From Thermoproteus tenax Kra 1 (lineage in GTDB: Archaea; Thermoproteota; Thermoprotei; Thermoproteales; Thermoproteaceae), in contig NC_016070.1 of the NCBI RefSeq assembly GCF_000253055.1, positions 1,770,001 to 1,802,000 on the forward strand: a DNA stretch of 32,000 bases. Direction: 5' to 3'. Each line of letters opens with the position of its first letter. The stretch's first letter is position 1. The notes below the pieces were generated by a model that saw only the letters and a list, made by a program, of their open reading frames with translations, made no database searches and was not told where the DNA came from. The position numbers and the translations under genes were made by a program. Below are positions 15,969 to 24,334 of the stretch, in pieces.

Positions 15969-17234
15969 GTGGAGAACTACAAGCGAGTGCGGCTCTATCT
16001 ATCAACGGGTGAGTCGTTGGAGGGAGTCTTGCTTCCCCCTACTGCGTACACAGATCCCAACGTTTACATCGTAAAGCTCAAGAATGGATACAACGTCGGC
16101 ATAGCGAAGGATAAGGTAGCTAAGCTGGAAGAGCTAGGCGAGATGGCGGGGACGTTGCCGGCTCAAGCAGGCGTTAGAGAGGTGGACACCGGGAGACCGT
16201 GGGTCGCCATAGTGGCCACTGGCGGGACGATACTCTCTAGAGTCGAGTACTCGACCGGCGCTGTATATCCCACGACAGATCCATCGTTGCTCTTCGAGTT
16301 GGCGCCAGGCTTATCCGAGCTGGCCTCGATCAGAATCGACCCGTTCATGGCCAAGTTCAGCGAGGACATGACGCCGGCCGACTGGTCCGCCATAGCCGGC
16401 AAGATAGCTGAACACTTCTCGAGGGGGGCAGTAGGCGTAGTGGTCATGCACGGGACAGACACCATGCACTACAGCTCTGCGGCTATGGCCTTCGCGTTCA
16501 AGGAGACCCCCGGCCCCATAATCTTCGTCGGATCTCAGAGGTCCAGCGACAGGCCGTCGAGCGACGCCTTCCAGAACCTCTTGGCGGCAGTAGTAGCCGC
16601 CGTATCTGCGCCGTTCGGCGAGTCTGCGATAGCTATGCATGCGTCAACGAACGACGGCACTGTCTATATACACAGAGGGACGCGCGTACGAAAGATGCAT
16701 ACGTCGAGGCGGGACACGTTCAGAAGCATCGGCATAACGCCGTTGGCTGAGGTGGACGTCGAGAGTAAATCCCTCAAGGTTCTACGAGAGGACTATAAGA
16801 GGAGGGGGACTCTGAGTTATACGGACAAGTTCAGCGACAGGGCCGCTCTCGTCAAGTTCTACCCTGGCATGGACCCGCGCGTTATAGACGCGTTAGTAGA
16901 CATAGGCTATCAAGGCATAGTGGTCGAAGGCACTGGATTTGGACACGTGGCTGAGCGGCTGTTACCTGCGCTGAAGAGGGCGATAGACAACGGCGTTGTG
17001 GTCGCGATGACTAGCCAGACTATATACGGCCGCGTCAACTTATACGTCTATAGGAGAGGGAGAGAGCTTCTATCAATTGGAGTTATCCCGTTGGAGGACA
17101 TGCTGCCCGAGGTGGCCTACGTGAAGATGTCATGGGCGTTGGCCAACTTCAGGCGTGAGGAGGTGCCCTCAGTATTACGTGCGCCCGTCGCAGGCGAGAT
17201 GACGCCAAGAAGCGATCCTCTTGAGTTCCTCTGA
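15969..17234 (+). CDS. gatD: Glutamyl-tRNA(Gln) amidotransferase subunit D
   Basis: An archaeal GatD N-terminal domain (..LSTGESLEGVLLPP..YIVKLKNGYNVGI) precedes an asparaginase-like domain (ATGGTI, HGTDTM). The protein is 421 aa. Confidence 0.88.
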   Translation: MENYKRVRLYLSTGESLEGVLLPPTAYTDPNVYIVKLKNGYNVGIAKDKVAKLEELGEMAGTLPAQAGVREVDTGRPWVAIVATGGTILSRVEYSTGAVYPTTDPSLLFELAPGLSELASIRIDPFMAKFSEDMTPADWSAIAGKIAEHFSRGAVGVVVMHGTDTMHYSSAAMAFAFKETPGPIIFVGSQRSSDRPSSDAFQNLLAAVVAAVSAPFGESAIAMHASTNDGTVYIHRGTRVRKMHTSRRDTFRSIGITPLAEVDVESKSLKVLREDYKRRGTLSYTDKFSDRAALVKFYPGMDPRVIDALVDIGYQGIVVEGTGFGHVAERLLPALKRAIDNGVVVAMTSQTIYGRVNLYVYRRGRELLSIGVIPLEDMLPEVAYVKMSWALANFRREEVPSVLRAPVAGEMTPRSDPLEFL

Positions 17235-17764
17235 TGGATCTCCTCTCCATCGTAGATACGCTTTGTCAGATAAAGAGGATCGGCTGGCTCCAGCGCGGCG
17301 TCGATAACGCTGAGAACGTCTGTCAACACTCGGTACTTGTCGCGCTGTTGGCCGGCGAGCTTGCAGCGGAGGCCAAACGGTATGGAATGAACATAGACCC
17401 GGCCGAGGCAGTAGCAGTAGGCCTCATACACGACATAGCCGAGGCCGAGCTGGGGCATCCAGGCAACGGCCTGAGGTCTACGATTCCGTGGGACCAGATA
17501 GAGCTTGAGACGTTCGAGAGGCTTTATCCACATCTGGCCGACTTGTTCGCCAAATATAGGAGGGGGGAGGGCGACCTCGGCAGACTGGTCAACTTCGCAG
17601 ATAAGTTGGCCACTCTGATCAGAGCGTGTAGCTACGCTAGGAGGGGCTACCCCACAGACGACCTAGTGAGAGCCTTTGTAGATAGACTGTCTAGGTACCC
17701 GGAGCCCTATCCCCAACTGTTGAAGCGATATCTGGCTGAGTATTGTCCAAGTGTTCAACTCTGA
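17234..17764 (+). CDS. HD-domain phosphohydrolase (YfbR-like 5'-nucleotidase type)
   Basis: The motifs ENVCQHS and GLIHDIAEAELG give the H...HD...D pattern. The ATG shares one base with the gatD TGA. Confidence 0.8.
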   Translation: MDLLSIVDTLCQIKRIGWLQRGVDNAENVCQHSVLVALLAGELAAEAKRYGMNIDPAEAVAVGLIHDIAEAELGHPGNGLRSTIPWDQIELETFERLYPHLADLFAKYRRGEGDLGRLVNFADKLATLIRACSYARRGYPTDDLVRAFVDRLSRYPEPYPQLLKRYLAEYCPSVQL

Positions 17765-18269
17765 CGGTCTCCGGCCTCCAAGGTATCACGAGGCTTTTGC
17801 CCTGAGGGTCCTCTATCACCAACGTGAAGCCCCCCTCCTCTATCGCCCTCTGCACTTTCCGAATAAACTCGTCAACTTTATCAGCGCTTTCTGGCTCGAG
17901 GGCCCTTAAACTCTCTGCGTAGTCTATGGTCTTCATCAGGAAGCCTTCAACCGTGGTGATGAAGGGCTCGCCGTGGAGCCCGGGCTCCAGGGAGAAGCCG
18001 AGCTCCGGCGATTTGATGGAGCCGGTCTTGGATCTAACCAAGAGCGATTTGGCCACATCCATTCCATTTTCAGCCTTGAACACCACTCTAGTCGGAGAGC
18101 CGGCGTCGGCGTAATCTACATCGAAAAATCGGTAGCCGCACGACTTGCAAACTCCCACGGACACCACAAGGTTGCCGTAATATGGCGCCTCGTATAGGAA
18201 CTCAGTATAGTGGAAGGTCTCGGCGCCACACGCCGGACATCTGGTCACAATCTGGGTTACTACAGACAT
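17691..18269 (-). CDS. ZPR1-type zinc-finger protein (archaeal ZPR1-like)
   Basis: CPACG-(26 aa)-CKSCG matches the ZPR1 zinc-ribbon spacing, followed by the beta-rich ZPR1 domain. The protein is 192 aa. Confidence 0.8.
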   Translation of the reverse strand: MSVVTQIVTRCPACGAETFHYTEFLYEAPYYGNLVVSVGVCKSCGYRFFDVDYADAGSPTRVVFKAENGMDVAKSLLVRSKTGSIKSPELGFSLEPGLHGEPFITTVEGFLMKTIDYAESLRALEPESADKVDEFIRKVQRAIEEGGFTLVIEDPQGKSLVIPWRPETVRVEHLDNTQPDIASTVGDRAPGT

Positions 18270-18339
18270 AAGTATGCCGTGTGCAGGCTATTTTAAGCTG
18301 AGCGGGCGCTTCTTTAAATACCACTATTTTGAGCGACGT

Positions 18340-18612
18340 ATGGCAAACAAGGTGGACAGACTCGCCTTGGCCATAGTGTTGGTAGCGGCCGCGCTCACAG
18401 CGTTGTTTCTGCAAGGCTTCTGGTCCTTGGTGTTCAGCCTTTCTACGTGCGGCGATCTGCTCTGGTACACCGTCCTGGCCGTCGCCATGGCCGTAGTTGT
18501 TTTCTATGCCTACGAGCGTAACAGCCAGCTTATGTGGGGCTTCGCCGTAGTGCTTCTGTTAGTTTACGTCATCGTCATGTTATTGGCCGTTCAATCGCCG
18601 CCTCCGTGTTAG
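18340..18612 (+). CDS. Small hypothetical membrane protein (about 3 TM)
   Basis: From the ATG at 18340 (MANKVDRLALAIVLVAAALTALF..), CTTTAAATAC lies about 25 nt upstream. The longer ORF from 18274 would lack a promoter. Confidence 0.5.
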   Translation: MANKVDRLALAIVLVAAALTALFLQGFWSLVFSLSTCGDLLWYTVLAVAMAVVVFYAYERNSQLMWGFAVVLLLVYVIVMLLAVQSPPPC

Positions 18613-19321
18613 GCTTGATAACGCTACATCCGAGGGGCTCTCTGCCCTTGACGAGGCTCTGCAAATCGCTTGAGGAGTCTATAGAGCAGTAATACACGGG
18701 TATCCCCAGGGCTGCAATAGTAAAGCCCGCCTCTACCTTCTTCGCTATTCCGCCCGTAACATCTATGCCGGCCGCCCCTCCCGTCACGCCTCTGTTGATC
18801 TCCTTAAGCTTCACTGCGCCGGGAGTGCCCGGGGGCGCCGTGTATATGCCGTCAACGTCCATTAGGAACACGACGGCTTCAGGCTTGTAGACGGCGGCCA
18901 GCTCAACGGCTATGTCGTCGCCGCTTAGCACTACATAGCCTTGGTCTGAGGGGACAACGTCACCATGTAATAGCGGATACATGCCGTTCGATAGCGCGAA
19001 ATCCAACGGCTCTCTTCTCACAAGTCTTTTGCCCCAGAAGATCTCGCTGGGCTCTATAGGCATCGCGTATATCCCGGCGGCGGCCAGATCCTCTACGACT
19101 AGTGATGTCTGGCGCCTCAGAGCTGCCTTAGTGTACGCTATACCTGCGGCGGTGAGTCCGAAAGTTTTAACGTGGGGGTGGGCGAAGGAGCCTGCGCCAT
19201 GGATTATTACTGCCTTCACGCCGGTGAGGGCCCGCGCGGCGCCTCTGAGGCGCCCCCAACGATATGTGTAGGGCTTGCTCTTGTCGGTTATCGCAGAGCC
19301 GCCTAGTTTGACTATTATCAT
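18575..19321 (-). CDS. ipk: Isopentenyl phosphate kinase (amino-acid-kinase fold)
   Basis: The motifs [14 protein letters not shown] and IIHGAGSFAHP are present in a 248-aa protein. The start overlaps the stop of the upstream prenyl synthase gene. Confidence 0.85.
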   Translation of the reverse strand: MIIVKLGGSAITDKSKPYTYRWGRLRGAARALTGVKAVIIHGAGSFAHPHVKTFGLTAAGIAYTKAALRRQTSLVVEDLAAAGIYAMPIEPSEIFWGKRLVRREPLDFALSNGMYPLLHGDVVPSDQGYVVLSGDDIAVELAAVYKPEAVVFLMDVDGIYTAPPGTPGAVKLKEINRGVTGGAAGIDVTGGIAKKVEAGFTIAALGIPVYYCSIDSSSDLQSLVKGREPLGCSVIKPNTEAAIERPIT

Positions 19322-20325
19322 CAGAACTGCCTCTGTACTATAAAGGCCGCTAAATCCTCCAAGTCTCTGCTCGACGGAAGCCTCGCAAGCTCTCTGAGGG
19401 CCCTCTCTCTATATCTATCGGCAAGTTGTAGCGCCCTCTCCTTGGCGTTAGTTCTAGCCAAGAGCTCGACGCCCCTCCTCGCATCTGCATCGGTCACTGA
19501 GGGTTTCGAGAGTATGCCCAAGAGCTCCGAGCGCGATCCCTCGTCGAGCTCTTGGAGGCCTAGCAACACAGCTATGTTGCCCCTCTTGTGCTCCTTTATG
19601 TCCTTACCGATCTCTTTGCCGAACTTAGCGGGGTCTCCAAATATATCCAACACATCGTCCACTATCTGGAAGGCGATGCCGGCGTTCATGCCAAAATTCC
19701 ACGCGGAGTCCCAGAGCGACTTGTCCTCAGTTGCGCTCATTGCCCCGAACTTGGCCGACGCTGCTATCAAGACGCCTGTCTTCAATGAGACCATCCTAAT
19801 GTAGTCGTCTAAGGACACGTTCTTCCACCTAGCCGATATAAAGTATGGATCATCTCGCCCAGCCATCTCGAAGAGTATATCCAACCTCTCCCCCTCATCT
19901 ATGGCCTTTATAACCTTGGCGACCTCTCTGGCGAACTCGAGAGGCCTCGGCGTATCCAGCACGGCCTCCTCTATAGCCTCTCTGTACCAGATCCCTATCA
20001 ATATCGCAGCATAGTCGCCGAACGCCTTCCTAGTTGTGGGCTTCCCCCTCCTTAGATCTCCTCTATCGATTATATCGTCGTATATAAGGCTGTAGTTGTG
20101 TATAAGCTCTACGATCGCCGCCGCAGGCAGAGCCCGTTTGAAGTCCCCCGATATGGCCTCCGCTGTGGCAAGCGTCAAGAGAGGCCTTAGCCTTTTCCCG
20201 CCTGTAGCTATTTGATATATCACAGCATCCTTAAACTCTGCCGATAGATCTATTGAAAGATATTTAATAAGGTTGTCCTCTACATATTTACCATATTTCT
20301 CGGTCAATCTATCTAATACGTCCAT
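19321..20325 (-). CDS. idsA: Polyprenyl (geranylgeranyl) diphosphate synthase
   Basis: The first Asp-rich motif is LIYDDIID and the second is FQIVDDVLD. The protein is 334 aa. Product chain length is not determinable from sequence. Confidence 0.9.
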   Translation of the reverse strand: MDVLDRLTEKYGKYVEDNLIKYLSIDLSAEFKDAVIYQIATGGKRLRPLLTLATAEAISGDFKRALPAAAIVELIHNYSLIYDDIIDRGDLRRGKPTTRKAFGDYAAILIGIWYREAIEEAVLDTPRPLEFAREVAKVIKAIDEGERLDILFEMAGRDDPYFISARWKNVSLDDYIRMVSLKTGVLIAASAKFGAMSATEDKSLWDSAWNFGMNAGIAFQIVDDVLDIFGDPAKFGKEIGKDIKEHKRGNIAVLLGLQELDEGSRSELLGILSKPSVTDADARRGVELLARTNAKERALQLADRYRERALRELARLPSSRDLEDLAAFIVQRQF

Positions 20326-20416
20326 ATCTCGGCTCTATCTATAGGTTAAATGTATTCCCCGCGCGGCGCCGTCAATACCACAATAAAGATTTAAACGAGA
20401 ACAATAAACCAGACAC

Positions 20417-20710
20417 ATGTTGTTGTTCATAACGGGCCAGGACTGGCTTATAATCCTCATAGCCATCGTGATTTTGCTGATATGGGGTCCCTCCAAATTG
20501 CCGGCGTTGGCGAGGGGGCTGGGCCAGGCCCTGCACGAGTTCAGAAGGGCCTCGCAAGGCGTTGTGACGTCTGAGGACGAGGAGACTAAAAAGCTCATGG
20601 AAGTAGCCAAAAGCTTGGGCATCAACACTGAGGGAAAGACCAAGGAACAGATACTAGAGGAGGTCAACCAGAAGGTGAAGGAGATGAACAAAAAGATAGC
20701 TATAGGCTAG
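20417..20710 (+). CDS. tatA: Twin-arginine translocase TatA/E-like protein
   Basis: An N-terminal TM helix followed by WGPSKLPALARGLGQALHEFRRA matches the TatA hinge and amphipathic helix. tatC is not adjacent. Confidence 0.75.
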   Translation: MLLFITGQDWLIILIAIVILLIWGPSKLPALARGLGQALHEFRRASQGVVTSEDEETKKLMEVAKSLGINTEGKTKEQILEEVNQKVKEMNKKIAIG

Positions 20711-21500
20711 CTTTTTTGAGCCCTACGGCCCTCTTGATCCCCTCGCTGATCAGCTTAAGCCTCTTGTTGTCCACGGCCAGATCGTCTATCACGTGGGCGG
20801 CCATAGAGAAGAGGCCGTTCTCTAGATATACTCTCAGCTCCTCCCACAAGACCTCTCGTGAACCTCCTTTTATATATTTCAAGAGCGGCGGCTCCCACTC
20901 TATGCGGAGATCCCTAGTGAACACCTCGGCGTAGCTTTCCTCATCTGTCGATAGATCCTCTCTGAAGTTTATATTTTTAAGAGCCCGGGGAGGAATAGAG
21001 TGCTCTACAACGCTTAGGTATGTCACTGAGCTGGAAAGCCTGAATATATCGTCCAGCCTGCCGCCCCTCTGCCTGAGGAACGGCAGCACCTTTTTCAGAT
21101 CGGCCGGCTCCGCCTTGAATATGTGGGACTCCACCAAGCCGTTCGGCGCTACAAAAACGGCGGTCCCCCTCTGCTCAAGGAGAGCCGCAAAGACCTCCCT
21201 TGATATGAAGGGTACATCGCAGGGGGCAAACAGGAGAGTATCGCTGAGTCCGGCGACTGCGGACGCCACGGCGGCCACAGGTCCCGAGAACTCCGGGTCG
21301 TCGTCTATTGAGGGAAATCCCTCTATCTTATTGCGGCCCGGCGCGACGTAGACGCGGCTCACTAAATCCCTCGCAGCATCGGCCACGCGGTATATCATCG
21401 GCCTGCCCTCAACTGGGTAGAGGCACTTGTTCACCCAAGGCTCTCCGGGCCTCTGGAACCTCCGCGAGAGACCGCCGGCGAGGATCACTAGGACGGCCAT
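20700..21500 (-). CDS. MobA-like nucleotidyltransferase (molybdenum cofactor guanylyltransferase-like) with a roughly 70-aa extra C-terminal helical region
   Basis: The N-terminus VLVILAGGLSRRF and the motif FAPCDVPFI fit an NTP_transf_3-type fold. At 266 aa it is longer than typical MobA. Confidence 0.7.
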   Translation of the reverse strand: MAVLVILAGGLSRRFQRPGEPWVNKCLYPVEGRPMIYRVADAARDLVSRVYVAPGRNKIEGFPSIDDDPEFSGPVAAVASAVAGLSDTLLFAPCDVPFISREVFAALLEQRGTAVFVAPNGLVESHIFKAEPADLKKVLPFLRQRGGRLDDIFRLSSSVTYLSVVEHSIPPRALKNINFREDLSTDEESYAEVFTRDLRIEWEPPLLKYIKGGSREVLWEELRVYLENGLFSMAAHVIDDLAVDNKRLKLISEGIKRAVGLKKASL

Positions 21501-21506
21501 AATAGT

Positions 21507-22121
21507 CTATACGTGAAATAAAACGCTAATTGCTAAATATATAAAGTAGACCCCAAAGGATGCCAGAGTCACTGTTGAGAAGGTCTTGATAATGAGCCAT
21601 GTGGCACCGCTGTTGATCCTCCAGCCGGCCCTTACGGCGGCTGGGAACGACACTATCCATGTAGCTATTGCGGCAAAGAGGCCGAGGGCCCAGAATATCC
21701 CAAAGGAGTTTATAGAGCTCAGGCCCACCGTCAGCCACCAGCCAAGCTGATAGGGGTTGCCAAGGCCCAAGGTTAATCCCAAGAGGTATCCCTTTAGAGC
21801 CCTCTCTTGTTTCACTTCGTTGGAGGTCTGAGGAGGCCTTGATATCGCTATCCTCCAAGCTATATATATCAAGAATGCAGCTCCCACGAGATATAAAAGC
21901 GCTATATACCTGGAGTTGACCGTTGCCAAGAGAAAATCGTAGAGGCCCACAGTCATTAACATGAAGAGGAAGTCCGCCGTCATGGCGCCTGCGCCGACTG
22001 CGACGCCGTGTCTGAGCCCTCTCAAAGACCACGCCGCTATTAGCGCGTTCATAGGACCGGGAGGCACTGCGAGACTGTAGCCCAGGAGCAGACCTGCGGC
22101 AAGTTGGGCTGGCCAACTCAT
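21507..22121 (-). CDS. LysE/RhtB-family amino-acid exporter
   Basis: The six-TM layout and the N-terminal motif PPGPMNALIAAWSLRGLRHG fit the family. The protein is 204 aa. Confidence 0.8.
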   Translation of the reverse strand: MSWPAQLAAGLLLGYSLAVPPGPMNALIAAWSLRGLRHGVAVGAGAMTADFLFMLMTVGLYDFLLATVNSRYIALLYLVGAAFLIYIAWRIAISRPPQTSNEVKQERALKGYLLGLTLGLGNPYQLGWWLTVGLSSINSFGIFWALGLFAAIATWIVSFPAAVRAGWRINSGATWLIIKTFSTVTLASFGVYFIYLAISVLFHV

Positions 22122-22633
22122 AGCTCCACGACCTCAGCCCTCAAGCCGTCCGTCTCCAACATCACGGCAGTGCTTCTGCCCGTTAGATAGCCGCATAGCT
22201 CGCCGGGGTTTAACACCAACGTTCTACCGTCCCTTCTCACATCAAGCTTATGGGTGTGCCCGTATACCACTACATCGAATAAGCCAGACTTGACCATTGA
22301 CTCAACGATTATGGGAGAGGTCCCGTGATAGACGCCTATCTTGACTCCGCCTATTTCGACAGACCCAGCATCGCCCAATATCTCTACGCCGAACTGAGAG
22401 GACACTTTCTGGAAGTAGAGTCTCTCTCCCTCGTTATTTCCCCAGACTCCAAGGATTCTGACGTCTTGTCCCAACGCCTCCCTAAACGCCTTCGCTGAGA
22501 ACGGAGAGACCCAATCGCCTGCGTGTATGACCAGACTCGCGCCCGCTCTTTTGAAAAGCTCGGCGACCTTCCTTATGGCATATATGTTGTCGTGGCTGTC
22601 TGAAACTACGCCTATCAGCACGGCCCTTCCCAT
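22118..22633 (-). CDS. Metallophosphoesterase, MJ0936/YfcE family
   Basis: The motifs VSDSHDN, HAGDW, GNNEGE and GHTH are present. I use the ATG at 22633 (MGRAVLIGVVSDSHD). The 20-codon extension would run into the lysS promoter. Confidence 0.85.
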   Translation of the reverse strand: MGRAVLIGVVSDSHDNIYAIRKVAELFKRAGASLVIHAGDWVSPFSAKAFREALGQDVRILGVWGNNEGERLYFQKVSSQFGVEILGDAGSVEIGGVKIGVYHGTSPIIVESMVKSGLFDVVVYGHTHKLDVRRDGRTLVLNPGELCGYLTGRSTAVMLETDGLRAEVVEL

Positions 22634-22683
22634 CTCCGGATAATAAAGTATCGCGTTATTTTTTAACGCCAATAAGTAAGCCC

Positions 22684-24141
22684 ATGGACTCAAAGGTGGC
22701 CGAGTGGCGCAAGTTGCTCCAGACGTTGCGCGGAGCCGGGATAGAGCCGTATCCCCACGCGTTCCAAGTCAGCCATCCCATAAAGACTCTCGGCGAACTC
22801 AGGAGACAAGCTTTGTTGGACGCCTGGCTCGGCTTAAGGATTCGTACAGCAGGGAGAGCCACCGACATTAGGAGGCACCCCAACGTAGTGTTCATCGATC
22901 TGTACGAGGACGGCACGCGGTTTCAGGCCATGGTGGATCCCAAGGAGCCTCTATTGGAGCACATCTGGCGGGGAGACTACGTGGGAGTTGAGGGCATAAT
23001 TGTAAAGACCCAGCGTGGCGACTACGCAGTTAAGGCGGAGGGACTTTACCTTCTCTCCAAGGCTGTGCAATCTCTGCCAGAGTGGGGCAAGGCCGACCGA
23101 GAGAGCCCCTTCTACATGAGGCATCGCGCTGTGGCGATGATCCTCGATCCGACTCTCAGATGGCGGATCTATACTAGAGCCCGCTTGATCCAAGCCTTCC
23201 GCGAGGCTATGTGGCGCAGAGGCTTCGTCGAGATACCGACACCTGTGCTCCAGCCGATCTACGGAGGCGCGGCGGCAAGGCCGTTCATTACGAAGATCTG
23301 GGCTATTGACGAGGAGTGGTACCTCAGAATATCGCCAGAGCTCTACCTCAAGAGGTATATAATAGCAGGCTTCCCCAAAGTTTTCGAGATAGGCCCCCAG
23401 TTCAGAAACGAGGACATAGATGCCTTGCATAACCCAGAGTTCTGGTCGCTAGAGGCCTATCAAGCTTACGCCGATTATAACGACATGATGAAGCTCATGG
23501 AGGAGACGACGTACGAGGCTCTGACGTCTGTCCTAGGCACGCCCATCGTTAAATACGGCGATACGACGATTAATTTCTCTCCGGGATGGAGGCGTATTAC
23601 TCTGACGGATGCCCTGAGGGAGTATGGAGGATTTGATCCAGACAAGGCGACGGACGACCAACTGAAGGACAAGCTCAAGGAGCTCCAAGTCCCGCTTAAG
23701 ACCTACAGCAGAGGCCTAGCCCTTGTTAAACTCTTCGAGAAATTGGCTGAGAAACACTTGATACAGCCGACGTTCGTAGTAGATTACCCCGAGGAGTCGA
23801 CCCCCCTCTGCAAGCCTCACAGGGCGAAGCCGGGTCTCGTGGAGCGCTTCGAGGCCTTTGCAGGAGGCCACGAGATAGCCAACGCCTATACAGAGTTGAA
23901 CGACCCAGTGAAGCAGTACGAATTCTTCAAGAGGGAGGAGGAGCTGTTTCCAAAGGACGAGGCACATCCGCTTGACTACGACTTCGTCGAGGATCTCTCC
24001 TTCGGGATGCCGCCCACTGGCGGCATCGGCATAGGCATAGACCGGCTAGCGATGATAGTCACGGGGGCTGAGTCTATCAAGGACGTGATACCGTTCCCAA
24101 TAGTCGCCAGAAGGGCTCTGCCGGAGGACGTTGAAAAATAA
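22684..24141 (+). CDS. lysS: Lysyl-tRNA synthetase, class II
   Basis: An OB-fold N-terminal part precedes class II motifs (FEIGPQFRNEDID, GGIGIGIDRLAMIV). The N-terminus EPYPHAF is typical of LysRS. The protein is 485 aa. Confidence 0.88.
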   Translation: MDSKVAEWRKLLQTLRGAGIEPYPHAFQVSHPIKTLGELRRQALLDAWLGLRIRTAGRATDIRRHPNVVFIDLYEDGTRFQAMVDPKEPLLEHIWRGDYVGVEGIIVKTQRGDYAVKAEGLYLLSKAVQSLPEWGKADRESPFYMRHRAVAMILDPTLRWRIYTRARLIQAFREAMWRRGFVEIPTPVLQPIYGGAAARPFITKIWAIDEEWYLRISPELYLKRYIIAGFPKVFEIGPQFRNEDIDALHNPEFWSLEAYQAYADYNDMMKLMEETTYEALTSVLGTPIVKYGDTTINFSPGWRRITLTDALREYGGFDPDKATDDQLKDKLKELQVPLKTYSRGLALVKLFEKLAEKHLIQPTFVVDYPEESTPLCKPHRAKPGLVERFEAFAGGHEIANAYTELNDPVKQYEFFKREEELFPKDEAHPLDYDFVEDLSFGMPPTGGIGIGIDRLAMIVTGAESIKDVIPFPIVARRALPEDVEK

Positions 24142-24226
24142 GCTATATAGAGTTTAGATTCGTTGAGACTTGCCCTGCTGACTCACGTCGGATGCAGCCG
24201 CTGGACGTAAGGGCTTTATCCGAAGG

Positions 24227-24277
24227 TATGACCCGCCTCCCCGCCCTAAGGGGCGAGGCATTCTGTTTGCCATGTCA
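24227..24277. repeat. Copy 2 of the roughly 50-nt palindrome-bearing intergenic repeat
   Basis: The sequence tatgacccgcctccccgccctaaggggcgaggcattctgtttgccatgtca differs from copy 1 by 3 substitutions and 1 indel in my hand alignment. It is flanked by the short inverted termini tatgac/gtcata. Confidence 0.65.
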
Positions 24278-24334
24278 TAGTCACCCGCGCTCCCCGAGAA
24301 GTCGCCTAACTCTTCGGCGCTCGTCTAGACCGCT

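Noticed and set aside
24050-24125. A possible C/D-box sRNA overlapping the 3' end of lysS (gatgata ... ctga ... gtgata).
   Set aside because: The box sequences are imperfect and the spacings do not fit (10 nt to D', and no D box about 12 nt after C'), so this does not match the C-guide-D'-C'-guide-D architecture.
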